Origin: Eledone cirrhosa | Taxonomy: Eukaryota | Assembly (NCBI GenBank): GCA_964016885.1 | Contig: OZ024747.1 | Location: 41,106,001 to 41,170,000 of the forward strand | Length of the DNA: 64,000 nt | Direction of reading: 5' to 3' | Part shown: positions 50,070-64,000 of the stretch, in pieces | Layout of the letters: each line of letters opens with the position of its first letter | Position numbering within the stretch: the first letter of the stretch is position 1 | Position numbers and translations under genes: made by a program | Notes under the pieces: generated by a model | Told to the model about the DNA's origin: nothing | What the model saw: only the letters and a program-made list of their open reading frames with translations | The model's database searches: none

Positions 50070-53000
50070 TAAGTCAGACATTCAAACATACATTACAATG
50101 AAACTTATGCTTATTCTTTTTTTTGTGTTATTTTTACCTATTTGTTTGTTTGTTTATTTATGTCCGTCTACAACGTGATAGTGCCACACAAAAATCACCG
50201 GGAGTGATGAAATCACCGGTGGTTATGTAACCATACATTCACCAATCCTCGATAAGAGTGTTTAAATGTCGAACCTAAACAGTTCGAATAACGGTGAAGT
50301 GGAGACTAGAATGTCATGTAACAGACTCTCACCCGGCAGGTGCTCCCTGGCTCAGCAGCAGGGACCTGGCTGTCAACCAAATACTGCTGGTGTCGGAAGA
50401 AGAAGAAGAAGGAAAGGGACAAGAACCAACTGGACGAAAGAATTGAATAGAACTGTTATGCAATGTTACCTGAAGAGTAACCCCAAGGAGAAAGGCTATA
50501 GGAAATGGATGCATAACATCTGGAACGAGATTGGTCTATTTAAATTAGATGAACAAAAATTGGCCAGGCAGGCTCGGGTAATAAGAACTGGTGGCTGGAT
50601 AAGCGAGCTGGAACTGGAGGAACTGAGTAGAGAGATTAGGTTGGAAATGGAGAGTGTAGTATGCCAGGCAAACGAGCCAGTGGGAAATGAAGGTGAAGAG
50701 ATTGAGAGAACGGAGGAACCATCCGAAGCAGACAATGATCTGAATGCTGAAATAAATAATACCTGGAACAGAGATACGGCCATTGAGGAGATGAATGCTG
50801 ACGGGCTAGGACAAGATTTGGTTGATATCCTAAACTTAGTGGTAGATGAATTGAACAATGATAGTGGGAAACCTATGAACCTAAGATTTGTAGACAGGAA
50901 AAAGTTAAAAGAAACAACAGCTAAGGTAAACAAAGTCATCCCATACCTTGAGGCGAGGAGCCTTCACCAGTGCAACAATATCCTCAAAGCAACAGCAAAT
51001 GTGGTGAGGAAATTACTTGGTATAAAAGCGAGAGGAAACAACAAACAAGAAGGATCAGAGCCTTGGTGGAAGAAACGACTGAATGGTCAAATCAGGGAAA
51101 TGAGAAATGACATTGGAAAGCTTGAGTCCCTACTGAATGGGACACTAAAAAACATAGACACTAAAAATAGACTGGAAATAAAGTACAAAACTAGGAGGAA
51201 AAAGCTAAATATTATCATAGAGGAACTGAAGCAACGTATTGTAGCAAAGAGTGCAAAAATTAAGCGATACGAGAGCAGAGTCAGTCAGTATAGACAGAAC
51301 CGCATGTTTGACAACAACCAGAAGATGCTGTTTGGACAGCTTGAAGGGAAAGAAAGAGGCAACGACTTGATCCCTGAGGCGGAACAAACTAAGACATTCT
51401 GGAGAGGAATATGGGAGCAGGATGTTAAACATAATGACCAGGCAGTGTGGATTGAGACAGTACAAAAGGAGATCAGTGAACAGGCACACCAACAAACTGA
51501 TTTGAGTATCACAGTTGAAATTCTTAAGGGGCAGGCCAGAAAACTAACCAACTGGAAATCACCAGGCCCAGATGGTGTGCAGGTGTATTGGATTAAAAAA
51601 TAACACCCCTCCACCCGAAACTGACAACCATGTTCAATGACTGCTTGATGTCAGGTGAGGTACCAGAGTGGTTGACAAAAGGTACCACAGTTCTGGTAAT
51701 GAAAGACCGAATCAAGGGTAATGATGTTACCATCTATAGACCTATCACATGTCTGTCCGTAATGTGGAAACTGTTGACAAGCATTATGTCTGAGGAAATC
51801 TACCATCACCTCCACACAAACAACTTGTTACCGGACGAACAAAAAGGATGCCGAAAGAAGTCCCGTGGTACAAAGGACCAGTTACTTATTGATAAGATGG
51901 TAATGAGGAATTGCAGGAGGAGACACACTGATCTTGCCATGGGATGGATAGACTACAAAAAGGCATTTGACATGGTGCCTCATTCTTGGATAACCAAAAG
52001 CCTAGAGATCTTCAAGGTGGCAGATAACATCAGACAGTTGTTGAGCAAAAGTATGAAGTCCTGGAAAACAGAGTTAACATCGGATGGAGAATCCTTGGGA
52101 GGGGTGAAGATCAAGAGAGGTATCTTCCAGGAAGATAGCCTGTCCCCTCTATTGTTTGTCCTTGCCCTGATGCCCCTGACCATTATACTGCGAAAATTGA
52201 GAGCAGGATACAAGTTGGGAAAGGGACGATCTTAAGCTCTTCGGGAAGAGTGAGAAGGAGTTGGATGTGCTTGTTGACACTGTCTGTATTTTCAGCAATG
52301 ATATATGTATGCAATTTGGTATTAGTAAGTGTGGAGTCCTTGTGATGAAGAGGGGGTAAATTGAGCAGAAGCAACGGAATCCAGATACCAACAGGTGAGA
52401 TGATAAAGGAAATTGACTCTGAGGAAGGATACAAGTATTTGGGTGTTCTGGAGGCAGATGACATCAAGAACAGAAAAATGAAGGAATTGATAAGATCTAA
52501 ATACATTCGGAGAGTAAGGAGCGTATTAAAATCACATCTGAACAGTAGGAATGCCATAAGTGCAGTAAATTCCCGAGCTGTGTCTACTATTAGGTACAGT
52601 GCTGAACAAAAAGAAATGGATAGGAAGACTAGGAAGCTATTGACTATCTACAACATGTTCCACAAGAGAAGTGATGTCGATAGACTCTACTTAAGGAGAT
52701 GTGAAGGTGGAAGAGGTCTTATCAGCATAGAGGAATGTGTTCAGATGGAGAAAAAAAACAACCTACACAAATACGTGACTGATAGTAAGGAGCCAATGCT
52801 CAGAACTGTACTGAAGGAGAGGACAATAGACCAAGGGATGTCCAGGGAGGAAATAACAACAAGGAGAAAGAGCAGCCTTCAGGAAAAATCCCTTCATAGT
52901 ACCTTCTTTGAGAAAACTGAATTCATAGATCCACAGACATGGAACTGGTTGAAAAGAGACCTTAAAAAGGCTACAGAAGGAATGCTAATGGCTGCGAAAG

Positions 53001-53715
53001 AGCAGGCCCTCAAAACGAAGTGGTTGAAACACCATATTTACAAGGAGGAGGCTAGCCCACTGTGCAGGATCTGTGGAGAGAGAGGAGACTGTGGCTCACA
53101 TTGTATCCGAGTGTAAACACCTAGCCCAGACTCACTATAAGGGCTGGAGACTTGATGTGATGGGCAGGGTGATCCACTGGCACCTATGCAAAGTAAACAA
53201 TTTACCACATTCTGAGAAGTGGTATGAGCATAAGCCAGAGTCGGTGATATAAAACGATCAGGTGAAGGTGCTGTGGGATTTTAGGATACAGACGGACAAG
53301 AAACTGGAACACAATAGAACTGACCTGGTGGTTTTGGACAAAGAAAAAAGATCGTGCCTGATTGTGTATGTGGCCTGCTCATTCGACACGAGAGTGCAAG
53401 AGAAGGAGAGGGAGAAAATTAACCGATACCAGGACTTAAAGTGGGAGGTAAAAAGGATTTGGAACTGCCATGAAGTCAAAGTGGTCCCGATTGTCATAGG
53501 CGCACTAGGTACTATCTCAAAAAGTTTCCAGGGATGGTTAAAGAAAATTGGCCCCGCCACGCTTTTTGGAACGCTTCAAAAGGCATGCTTGCTGGGAACA
53601 ACAAGAACCTTCCGATACGTCCTGAATATCTTGATATTCATTTCAACAAACTTTCCAGTTAACTAAGATCAATGACTGAGACTCAAAGAACAATAATAAT
53701 AATAATAATAATAAT
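50070..53715 (+). mobile_element. R4/Dong-clade copy 2 (ORF remnants 50266 to about 53590)
   Basis: Same RT/CCHC/RLE motifs as copy 1; (AAT)n tail. Confidence 0.93.
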
Positions 53716-53719
53716 GATG

Positions 53720-56700
53720 ATTTCATTTATTAGCCACAAGGGCCGACATGTAGGAGACAATACAAAGACAGGGACAGTGGGGGTTTACAATAAGGTCGAG
53801 TAAAAGTGCACAATGGCAAGACTAATGAAAATATAAAAATATAAAATAAACTATGCATAAAAATAACAAAATAAATTCCCCGATAGGGGGTGGACGACCC
53901 TGGGGTGACTCGGGTACCCCACTAATCCTGAACCACCCTGCGCTTCTAGGGCACCCAGGGAGAGCACCCCTCTCCTCAAGTTAGCTAGCCTATAGGTACA
54001 TGGTCAGAGTAAGCCCATTCACACGAGCCATTCTCGCCACATTTACCCACCTTTTAGCAAATGTACTGGGGGGCAGCACTTCTCTCTCCACCCTCACCTT
54101 CCTTTCCAGGTGAAACTTGAAGAAGTTGATGAGGGATTGGCCGAAGAGAAAAGTGTCTGTCTTCAGTCCTTTTAACCTGGTCCACCATATAACCTCTTTC
54201 GCAACTGCCACCAGACAGAGGAAAATTTCCTGCTCTTCCTGACCTAAGGAAGGCGGTGGATCGTTCTTCACTATGGACTCGGCCGATAGCCGGATTCGTT
54301 CCACACGTGACAGTAGCTGTTCGACATAACTCCACAAGTCAGTAATGCACGGACATTGGACAAGTGCGTGCAGAACGGTTTCGTCGTTCTGTGCGCATCT
54401 TGGGCAGGTCCGTCTGACAGCACTTCCGTGCCTGTAGGGTTTATACCGAACCGGCAGTGCCCCCCGGTAGCACTGCTAAGTGAGGGATTTCTGGAAATTG
54501 TCCATCGTCCCCGGCTCAAAAGTCCTCCGGTACAGACTGGTCAGTTCGACTTCGTCGAGGCCCAAAGCTTCTCCGAGTGCGTCATCGCACTTACCCACCA
54601 CTAATCCTGTATAGAACTCGAGAGTGGAAGTTCCACTGATCGCATTGCCCGCTTGGTAGAGGGCAGTGAGTGCCTGGCAACATTCCAGGTGCCAGCCACC
54701 CAGTCTCGGTCTCTTCTTGACCCAGGACTGCAGCTCAGTCAAAGAAATGAGCTGCGGAAAGACCCGTCTAATAAACGGCGACCACACCTGTTCACCGTTG
54801 AGGCGGAATATCTGGAGATGTCGCAGCCTCAATGCATGTCTGCGCATCTTTAGCCACGGAGTGCCCAGCCCTCCGCATAGAGGGTGCTGGCAGCAGCTGG
54901 ACCGCCTCACCAACGGAACTTGTCCACTCCACAAGAATTTGAAGAGGAGCCGTTCCAACTTGACGAGGCGCGGACGGGGGCAAGGCACGACGGTCAGGCG
55001 GTAGTAGATGACGGACGCGATGTACGCATTCGCCACCTCCGCGCGACCTTTCAGTGATAGCCTCCTCCCAGCCCATTTTTGGTTGAGACTGGCTACTCTG
55101 CTCGTTACCTCGTCCCAATACTTTTCCACCTGGAGGTCTGGTCCGAACCAAACACCGAGCAACTTTACCGATCCGTCTGTCCAGCGCCCCACGACGCTGT
55201 TGAACAAGCATGGGCTTGCCTCTCCAGGTTCCGAGCTGCAAGCCCACCGACTTTTCCGGGTTAAGTTTGGCTCCTGTCAACCTTTCATATTCCTTCAATA
55301 AGGTGCTGACCACCTCAATTTCTGAGATGTTCGACACCATCACGGTAATGTCGTCCGCATAAGCCGACACCGCCTTTCCACGTCCCGGTTCGAGCGGGAT
55401 GCCCTGCAACAGCTCCCGCTTCCTCAGTAAAGGCTCGAGAGTCAATACGTACAGAAGGGAAGAGAGAGGGCACCCTTGACGGACCGAAATGGTTCCGAGA
55501 GGTGGCCATTAACCTTGACCACCGAGCGTGTGCCGCTGTGCATTGCAGCGATCCAGCTTCTAAAGACAGGGCCGAAGCCAGCTGCTTTGAGGACAAACTC
55601 CAGATACCGATGGTCGACCCTATCGAATGCTTTCGATTGATCTAAATTGATCAGTGCCCCACCGAAGCCAGGTTTACACCCTACCCTCTCTATGATGTAT
55701 CGCATGAGGTGGAGATTGTCGTGTATGGACCTGGCTGGGATTGCGCAAGTTTGCGCGTCCCCAACCAAATCCTCGACGACAAGCGCCAATCTCTTTGCTA
55801 ACACCTTGGCCAAAATCTTAAACTCTGTGTTGAGCAGAGTTATGGGCCTGAAGTTGTCTAATGTATCCCTCTTGTTCTCGTCTTTCCTTATCAGCGCCAC
55901 CACTCCCCTGCTCACAGAACTGGGAATACTCCCATTCTGCTGCCAGTTGCAGTAGAGTGCTTCGAGGAGTTCGGAGAACAAGTCTGGCATATTTACGTAA
56001 AGCTCATAGGGCAGGCCATCCAAACGGGGTGACTTGCGCCTCATGCAGCAGATAAGGGCGTCCTGAATTTCGGCTGAAGTAATCGGCCTTTCGCAGCGCT
56101 CAGCGTCGACCGTCGAGATGCGCGGCAAGCCGTCAAGGTAGGGACTGAAATCCGCTACTCTTTCTGACTCGCCACTCTTCCCGAACAACCGAGCAAAGTG
56201 CTGGCGAAAGGCCTCACACATCTGCTTGGAATCGCTTATCTCGTGTCCGTCTCGGTCCGCCAAAGACCGAATTGTGGTTTTATTACCACGCTGCGCCTCC
56301 GCCACGTGGGCCCATCGAACAGCTTTGGTTCCCTCGTTTCTCAGCGCACGCGCCTTAGCTCTGACAATGCAACGTTCGTGTTTTGCATTGAAGAAATGGT
56401 CTAATGCCATTCTCGCTGCTTGCACGTCAGTTGCAATGCCACTACAAATAGCCTCGTCTAACTTATCTACCAGCTCCCCCTCCTTTCTATTTTTCTCTAA
56501 CGCTAGTTCTTTGCTGAACTCTATCGAAGTTACTCCAATCTCTCTTTTGAGAGCCCCCCACCATCTGTTGTTGATGATCCCCCCTGTCAACTTTTGCTTA
56601 ACTAAATTGTTGACTCGGTCCCTGTAAGCCTTACGTGCCGGAAATGACATGTTCAGCTTCCAGTAACCGGTCCTAACCTACGCGTTTTATCTAGGTCGAC

Positions 56701-59602
56701 CGTACAGATCACAAATTTGTGATCTGAATAGGCAACCGTTTTAAAAAGTGGGCAGCCCACACTATTTCTATCTATTTTCCTAATGAAGATCCTGTCTATA
56801 TACGATCTAGATGACCCCATTCGGTTGGTCCATGTCCATACTGGCACATTGGGGAAATCTAGTCGATACCTGTCAGACAGTTGGAACTGGCTGAGTAGGT
56901 GCTTGAGGCTTTTGCACCCCCCGCTCCTATCGGCTACTCCCACACAATCCCAGCGTGCGTCTAAGATGCCATTCCAGTCCCCCGCTAACAGTAAAGGGCG
57001 AGACGTACCCAGAAAGGTCTCCAGGCGCCTAAAGAAGTTCGGTCGTCCGGCCCCTGTAGGGGCGTAGACGGCCAGCAGTCTAAAGGCACCACCTTCGCTA
57101 CTGCTCACATCCAAGACCACCAACTTACCGTCCAGGTCCCGGAAGATCCAGTCCTTTCCTAAACAGCACTGCCACCCACCCCCCATTCCCGGCCTGCTAA
57201 CATATGCGAAGATCTGATAGTTGTCGAAAATGGGGGCTAGTGCGCGCGTGTCGAAATTCTGGTCTCGCTGACGGCAATCACATCCATTTCCAGCGACCTG
57301 AGGTCGTTGAGCAGGCGACCCTGCTTCCAGGGTGACCCCAGGCCGCGAACATTTAAACTTCCTACTCTTAATATGGCCATATTGGTAAGCTAAGAGAGAG
57401 AGGGAAGGTTTACTTACCTCCCGGGGTCCCGTGAAGGTCAGGTGGTTCGACCTCCATGGTTGGTGGGGTTTCTTTTGGGAACCCCCTTAAAAGTCTTGAT
57501 GTGGGTTTCACATTCGGGGTTCCCACGTCTTGAGGAAAGCTCTCTCGAATTTCTTTGAAGGAATTGAATGACATACGGACCAGAAGCAAATCTTCTGGCA
57601 CGCAAAATGTGCTCATTTCAAAAATCTCCCCCTCTGTTTGAATGTCCTCGCTTCGTGCTAAGAGGGCCATCAGTTTATCGTTGGCCCTTCTGACAAGCTC
57701 GAAGTTTTTAACATTTTGTTGGTGTGGTTTTATTTGTTTTCGTTTTGGTGACTGTGGTGATGATTGTTTTGGTGGTGTTGTTTCGGGTATGTCTGTGTTT
57801 GGTGTAGGTGTGGTGTCTGCAATTTCAGGTATTTGTGTGTTTATTTGTGCTTTTGTTTGTTTAGGTTGTTTGCGTTTCGGGGATTGTGAAGGTGGTGTCG
57901 ATGTTGCTGTTGGTGATGATGTTATTGGGGGAGTGTCTGCGTTAGTGGTGTCTGTATTTTTTGTTGTGTATGTTTTTGTGTTTCGTTGGGGCTTTTTTGT
58001 GAGTTTTCTCTGTTTTTTTGCACTTTTGGGTTTTCCTTCATCTTCGCTGCTGGAAGACAAAGGGTCTGTGGCTGTGAGTGTCTCTGTGTCTGTGTGTGCG
58101 TTTATTGTTTTGTCTATGTGTATAATTGGGGTAGGGGTGGGCAATGGGAGAGCTTTCCTCGTTTTCCCCTTGGATTGGTTTTGGTGTTGGTGGTGGTCCG
58201 GCTGTTTTTGATGTTGGTGTCCATGTTTTTGTTGGTGTTGTTTTTGGTGGTGGTGGTGCAGCTTTCCGTGCTGACACTGGCGTTGGCAACAAAGGAGGTT
58301 TGCGACGCCCTGCATTTTTGCGCTGAGGGCAGAAGGCTTGCAGATGCGTTGCTTCCCTGCAGACGAAGCAGCGTGGCCTTCTTCCGTCAATGATTAGTTG
58401 GATTGTTGTCTCGTCCTGCAGGCGGGCAAAATCCGGGATGTTGTTCATGTCCTCCGGTTTCATTTGGAGAAGAATCTCCAAATTCATTCCGGACCAGTCC
58501 TCTCTCTCTCTGTCCTTTTGATATACAGGAGGGTAGTGTCTGTCCCCTCCTCGATTACGCATCCCAGCAGCCACCATATGTTCATTCCTGGTGGGATGCT
58601 GGGAATGCGTACCTTTACTGTCCTTCTACCCATGTAGGACGGATGCATGATAATGCGTTCCGTTCTGCAAGGGGTCACCGAGTGCTTAATAGCGAGGGCC
58701 TCGGTTTTGAACAGTACCGAGATGGTACCGAACTGTTTGCCTCTTGCTTTATACTCTATGTTACTTCCGATGTACTCCAAAGCAGCCTCGACCTCTGCTT
58801 GGCTGGAAAGTTCCACTTTTCGTGTCTGCACCGAAATGCATCGAAAGAACACCGTCCTCCTTTGCATGGCCGCTATTGCCTCGTCCGGGATGGTCAGGTT
58901 TGCCCAGGACTTCTCCCATTTAATTAGCCTCCACGCTTTGGCCAACTGTTCGTCTTTATCGCTAATATCAATATCAATATTCAATAAGCGCGTTGTTTTT
59001 GCTGCTGCTGCAGCAAATGTGGTGCTTCTGATGCTCTTATTGTTGGTGTTGTTATTCTTGCTGTTGTTATTGGTTTTGTTTTGTTTGTTGATGCTGTTGC
59101 CACCGCCATCCGTGTTTACATTGAAACTGTCGGTGTTATTGTCGCTCTTACTCTGAGTTGTTGTTGTTGTGGTGGTGGTGGTGGTGGTGGTGGTGATGAT
59201 GTCGTTTTCAGATGATACTGCTGCTATCACAGAAGGTTGAGTTTTGCCTTCACATTCAGTAGAGTGGATGACAGGCATGACTGTAGCCGTCGTAGCGTGG
59301 TGAAATCTACAGTGGCTGCCTTTAAACTTTTGACCTGAACGTTGTTTACCGTTTCAAGGTCGAAAATTTCCATAATTTTTAGGGGGGTGGGAAGCGATTT
59401 TTTTCGAAGTTTTTAAAAAATAAATCTGAATATTCGGGCTTAAAGCCCAAATATTGAGAGGTATCCCTCTCTTTAAATCAAGATGTGTACCTTAAGTTTC
59501 GTTAACGCCAAGAAAATACAAAAAATGACACTTTAAAACAGCTTAAAGTTACGAACCTTTTCCCCCACAGATTTGTACTGTCTTCACACATGTGCAGCCA
59601 TT
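53720..59602 (-). mobile_element. full-length Tx1-clade LINE family B (decayed), inserted in (AAT)n
   Basis: ORF1 59278-57410 (RRPRCFVCREATHLQAFCP) and ORF2 57380-53990 (LNVRG, GDWN, SDH, KAFD, YADD). Both ends lie in AAT repeats. Confidence 0.95.
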
Positions 59603-60239
59603 ATAATAATAATAATAATAATAATAATACACCATCACTACAGTACTACTATCACATCACCACCACCACCACCACTGCATCATTATCGTTACCGCCGCTA
59701 TTCTCTCCCACTACCTCCTGTTAAGACAGAGGGATAGGAGTAGTCCCACTAAATGAAGAAGGTATCAAAAGATATAAATAGACTGATTTGGTGACTCGGT
59801 CAGAAGCAACAACAACAACAACAAAAATATTATTGCTGCTGTACCTCTAAAACTCTCTCAAAGTGTTTAGTTTAAACGATGCCAAATATAAAATATAATA
59901 TAATAATAATAATTGTTTCTATTTTTTTTTTTTTGCGCAGGGCCGGCAATTGCCCAGTGCATTGCAGGTACTTTGTTTTATCGACCACGTATAATATAAT
60001 AGTAATAATAATTGTTGCTACTTTTGACACAAGGCCAGCAATTACCCGGTGCATTGCTGGTACTTTATTTTATCGACCCCGTAAGGATGGAGGGCAAAGT
60101 TAACCTCGGCTGATAATAATAATAATCATAAGTCGAAACACATTTCAAAAGTTTTGAACGCAACAGCCCTACTTCCCATGAAGCAAAAGCCCTACTTCCC
60201 AACAGCAACGATAAACGTAAAGAAAAAAAAAGAAAAAAA

Positions 60240-63200
60240 ACTAAGACAGACATTCAAACATTACAATGAAACTTGTTTATTTTTTTTAAGTTTTTACCTA
60301 TTTATTTGTTTATTTATTTATGTTCGTCTACAGCGTGATAGTGCCACGCTAAAATCACCGGGGGTGATCAAATCACTGGGGGTGATGAAACCACCGGTGG
60401 TTATGTAACCATACATTCACCAATCCTCGATATGAGTGTTTAAATGTCGAACCTAAACAGTTGGAATAACGGTGAAGTGGAGAGTGGAACGTTATGTGAC
60501 AGACTCTCACCCAGCAGGTGCTCCCTGGCCCAGCAGCAGGGACCTGGCTGTCAACCAAATACTGCTGGTGTTGAAGGAAGAAGAAGAAGCAAAGGGACAA
60601 GAACCAACTGGACGAAAGAATTGAATAGAACTGTTATGCAATGTTACCTGAAGAGTAACCCCGGGGAAAAAGATTATAGGAAACGGATGCATAACATCTG
60701 GAACGAGATTGGTCTATTTAAATTAGATGAACAAAAATTGGCCGGGGAGGCCCGGGTAATAAGGACTAATGAATGGATAAGCGAGCTGGAACTGGAGGAA
60801 CTGAGCAGAGAGATTAGGTTGGAAATGGAGATTGAAGTATGCCAGGCAAACGAGCCAGTGGGAAATGAAGGTGAAGAGGTTGAGAGACCTGAGGAAGCAT
60901 CCGAAGCAGACAATGATCTGAATGCTGAAATAAATAATACCTGGAACAAAGATACGGCCATTGAGGAAATGAATGCTGACGGGCTAGGGCAAGATTTGGT
61001 TGATATCCTAAACTTAGTGCTAGATGTAATGAACAATGATAGTGGGAAACCTATGAACCTAAGTTTTGTAGACAGGAAAAAGTTAAAAGAAACAACAGCT
61101 AAGGTAAACAAAGTCATCCCATACCTTGAGGCGAGGAACCTTCACCAGTGCAACAATATCCTCAAAGCAACAACAAATGCGGTGAGGAAATTACTTGGCA
61201 TAAAAGCGAGAGGAAACAACAAACAAGAAAGATCAGAAATTGGTGGAAGAAATTACTGAATGGTCAAATCAGGGAAATGAGAAATGACATTGGAAAGCTT
61301 GAGTCCCTACTGAATGGGACACTACAAAACATAGACATTAAAAATAGACTGGAAATAAAGTACAAAACTAGGTGGAAAAAGCTAAATATTATCATAGAGG
61401 AACTGAAGCAACGCATTGTAGCAAAGAGTGCAAAGATTAGGCGGCACGAGAGCAGAGTCAGTCAGTATAGACAGAACCGCATGTTTGACAACAACCAGAT
61501 GTTGTTTGGACAGCTTGAAGGGAACCGACTTGATCCCTGAGGCGAAACAAACTAAGACATTCTGGAGAGGAATATGGGAGCAGGATGTTAAACATAATGA
61601 TCTGGCAGTGTGGATTGGGACAGTACAAAAGGATATTAGTGAACAGGCACGCCAACAAACTGATTTGAGTATCACTGTTGAAAAACTCTTAAGCGGCAGG
61701 CCAAAAAACTAACCAACTGGAAATTACCAGGCCCAGATGGTGTGCAGGGGTATTGGATTAAAAATGTAAAATTGACAACCATGTTCAATGACTGATTGAT
61801 GTCAGGTGAGGTACCAGAGTGGTTGACAAAATATACCACAGTTCTGGTAATGAAAGACCAAATCAAGGGTAATGATGTTACCAACTATAGACCTATCACA
61901 TGTCTGTCCGTAATGTGGAAACTGTTAACAAGCATTGTGTCTGAGGAAATCTACCATCACCTCCACATAAACAACTTGTTACCGGGCGAACAGAAAGGAT
62001 GCCGAAAGAAGTCCCGTGGTACAAAGGACCAGTTACTTATTGATAAGATGGTAATGAGGAATTACAAGAGAAGACACACTGGTCTTGCCATGGGATGGAT
62101 AGACTACAAAAAGGCATTCGACATGGTGCCTCATTCTTGGATAACCAAAAGCCTAGAGATCTTCAAGGTGGCAGATAACATCAGACAGTTGTTGAGCAAA
62201 AGTATGAAGTCCTGGAAAACAGAGTTAACATCGGATGGAGAATCCTTGGGAGGGGTGAAGATCAAGAGTGGTATCTTCCAGGGAGATAGTTTGTCCCCTC
62301 TGTTGTTTGTCCTTGCCCTGATCCCCCTGACCATTATACTGCGAAAAGTGAGAGCAGGATACAAGTTGGGAAAGGGAGAGCTTACCATCAATCACCTCCT
62401 CTTCATGGACGATCTTAAGCTCTTCGGGAAGAGTGAGAAGGAGTTGGATGTGCTTGTTGACACTGTCCGTATTTTCAGCAATGATATATGTATTAGTAAG
62501 TGTGGAGTCCTAGTGATGAAGAGGGGTAAATTGAGCAGAAGCAACGGAATCCAGATACCAACAGGTGAGATGATAAAGGAAATTGACACTGAAGAAGGAT
62601 ACAAATATTTAGATGTTCTGGAGGCAGATGACATCAAGAACAGAAAAATGAAGGAATTAATAAGATCTGAATACATTCGGAGAGTAAGGAGCGTATTAAA
62701 ATCACATCTGAACAGTAGGAATGCCATAAGTGCAGTAAATTCCCGAGCTGTGTCTATTATTAGGTACAGTGCGGGAATTCTGAGATGGAATGTTGCTGAA
62801 CAAAAAGAAATGGATAGGAAGACTAGGAAGCTATTGACTATCTACAACATGTTCCACAAGAGAAGTGATGTCGATAGACTCTACTTAAGGAGATGTGAAG
62901 GTGGAAGAGGTCTTATCAGCATAGAGGACAGTGTTCAGATGGAGAAAAACAACCTACACAAATACGTGACTGATAGTAAGGAGCCAATGTCAGAACTGTA
63001 CTGAAGGAGAGGACAATAGACCAAGGGATGTCCAGGGAGGAAATAACAACAAGGAGAAAGAGCAGCCTTCAGGAAAAATCCCTTTATAGTACCTTCTTTG
63101 AGAAAACTGAATTTAGAGATCCACAGACATGGAACTGGTTGAAAAGAGGAGACCTTAAAAAGCCTACAGAAGGAATGCTAATGGCTGCGCAAGAGCAGGC

Positions 63201-63805
63201 CCTCAAAACGAAGTGGGTGAAACACCATATTTACAAGGAGGAGGCTAGCCCACTGTGTAGGCACTGTGGAGAGAGAGAGGAGACTGTGGCTCACATTGTA
63301 TCCGAGTGTAAACACCTAGCCCAGACTCACTATAAGGGCTGGAGACATGATGTGATGGGCAGGGTGATCCACTGGCACCTATGCAAAGTAAACAATTTAC
63401 CACATTCTGAGAAGTGGTATGAGCATAAGCCAGAGTCGGTGATAGAAAACGATCAGGTGAAGGTGCTGTGGGATTTTAGGATACAGACGGACAAGAAACT
63501 GGAACACAATAGACCTGACCTGGTGGTTTGGACAAGGAAAAAAGATCGTGCCTGATTGTGGATGTAGCCTGCCCATTCGACACGAGAGTGCAAGAGAAGG
63601 AGAGGGAGAAAATTAACCGATACCAGGACTTAAAGTGGGGGGTAAAAAGGATTTGGAACTGCCATGAAGTCAAAGTGGTCCCGATTGTCATAGGCGCACT
63701 AGGTACTATCTCAAAGAGTTTCCAAGGATGGTTAAAGAAAATTAGTCCAGCCCCTTTTTTGGAACACTTCAAAAGGCATTCTTGCTGGGAACAGCAAGAA
63801 CCCAC
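60240..63805 (+). mobile_element. R4/Dong-clade copy 3 (ORF remnants 60444 to about 63800), 3' end lost
   Basis: [26 protein letters not shown] and RPDLVV. Confidence 0.93.
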
Positions 63806-63831
63806 ATATATCGGCATATATCTCATAAAAA

Positions 63832-64000
63832 TAATTGTTTCTACTTTTTTGGCACAAGGCCAGCAATTACCCAGTACATTACTGATACTTTATTTTATCG
63901 ACCCAGTAAGGATGAAAGGCAAAGTTATCCTCGGCGGGATTTGAACTCAGAATAGCAAGGGCCGTAACTCTATGCGTCAAAGCATGGCGTCCGACCCTCT
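63832..64000 (-). mobile_element. SINE (runs off window)
   Basis: Same family as 888-1050. Confidence 0.9.

Overview
AT-rich, microsatellite-dense eukaryotic DNA made almost entirely of decayed retroelements. The SINE/LINE repertoire resembles octopod cephalopod genomes (inference from recall, not a search). No intact host gene is evident. LINE content: two near-full-length L1/Tx1-clade LINEs from different families plus about eight 3' fragments, three R4/Dong-clade RT-RLE copies, RTE, CR1-like and CRE fragments. There are also two Penelope-like (GIY-YIG) remnants and many tRNA-derived SINEs. The main hidden signal is at least 11 well-formed type I hammerhead ribozyme motifs (plus degenerate ones) from four or more sequence families. 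They sit in fold-back inverted repeats (17.1-19.3 kb, 25.45-25.93 kb, 28.1-28.8 kb) and in LTR-like direct repeats (6.2-7.7 kb, 26.0/29.0 kb). Most have no recognisable RT nearby, so they look like Penelope pLTR or retrozyme-like non-autonomous elements. A second theme is microsatellite niche partitioning among LINE families (GATA, AAT, TA, CA). All structures were folded by eye and coordinates may be off by a few bases.
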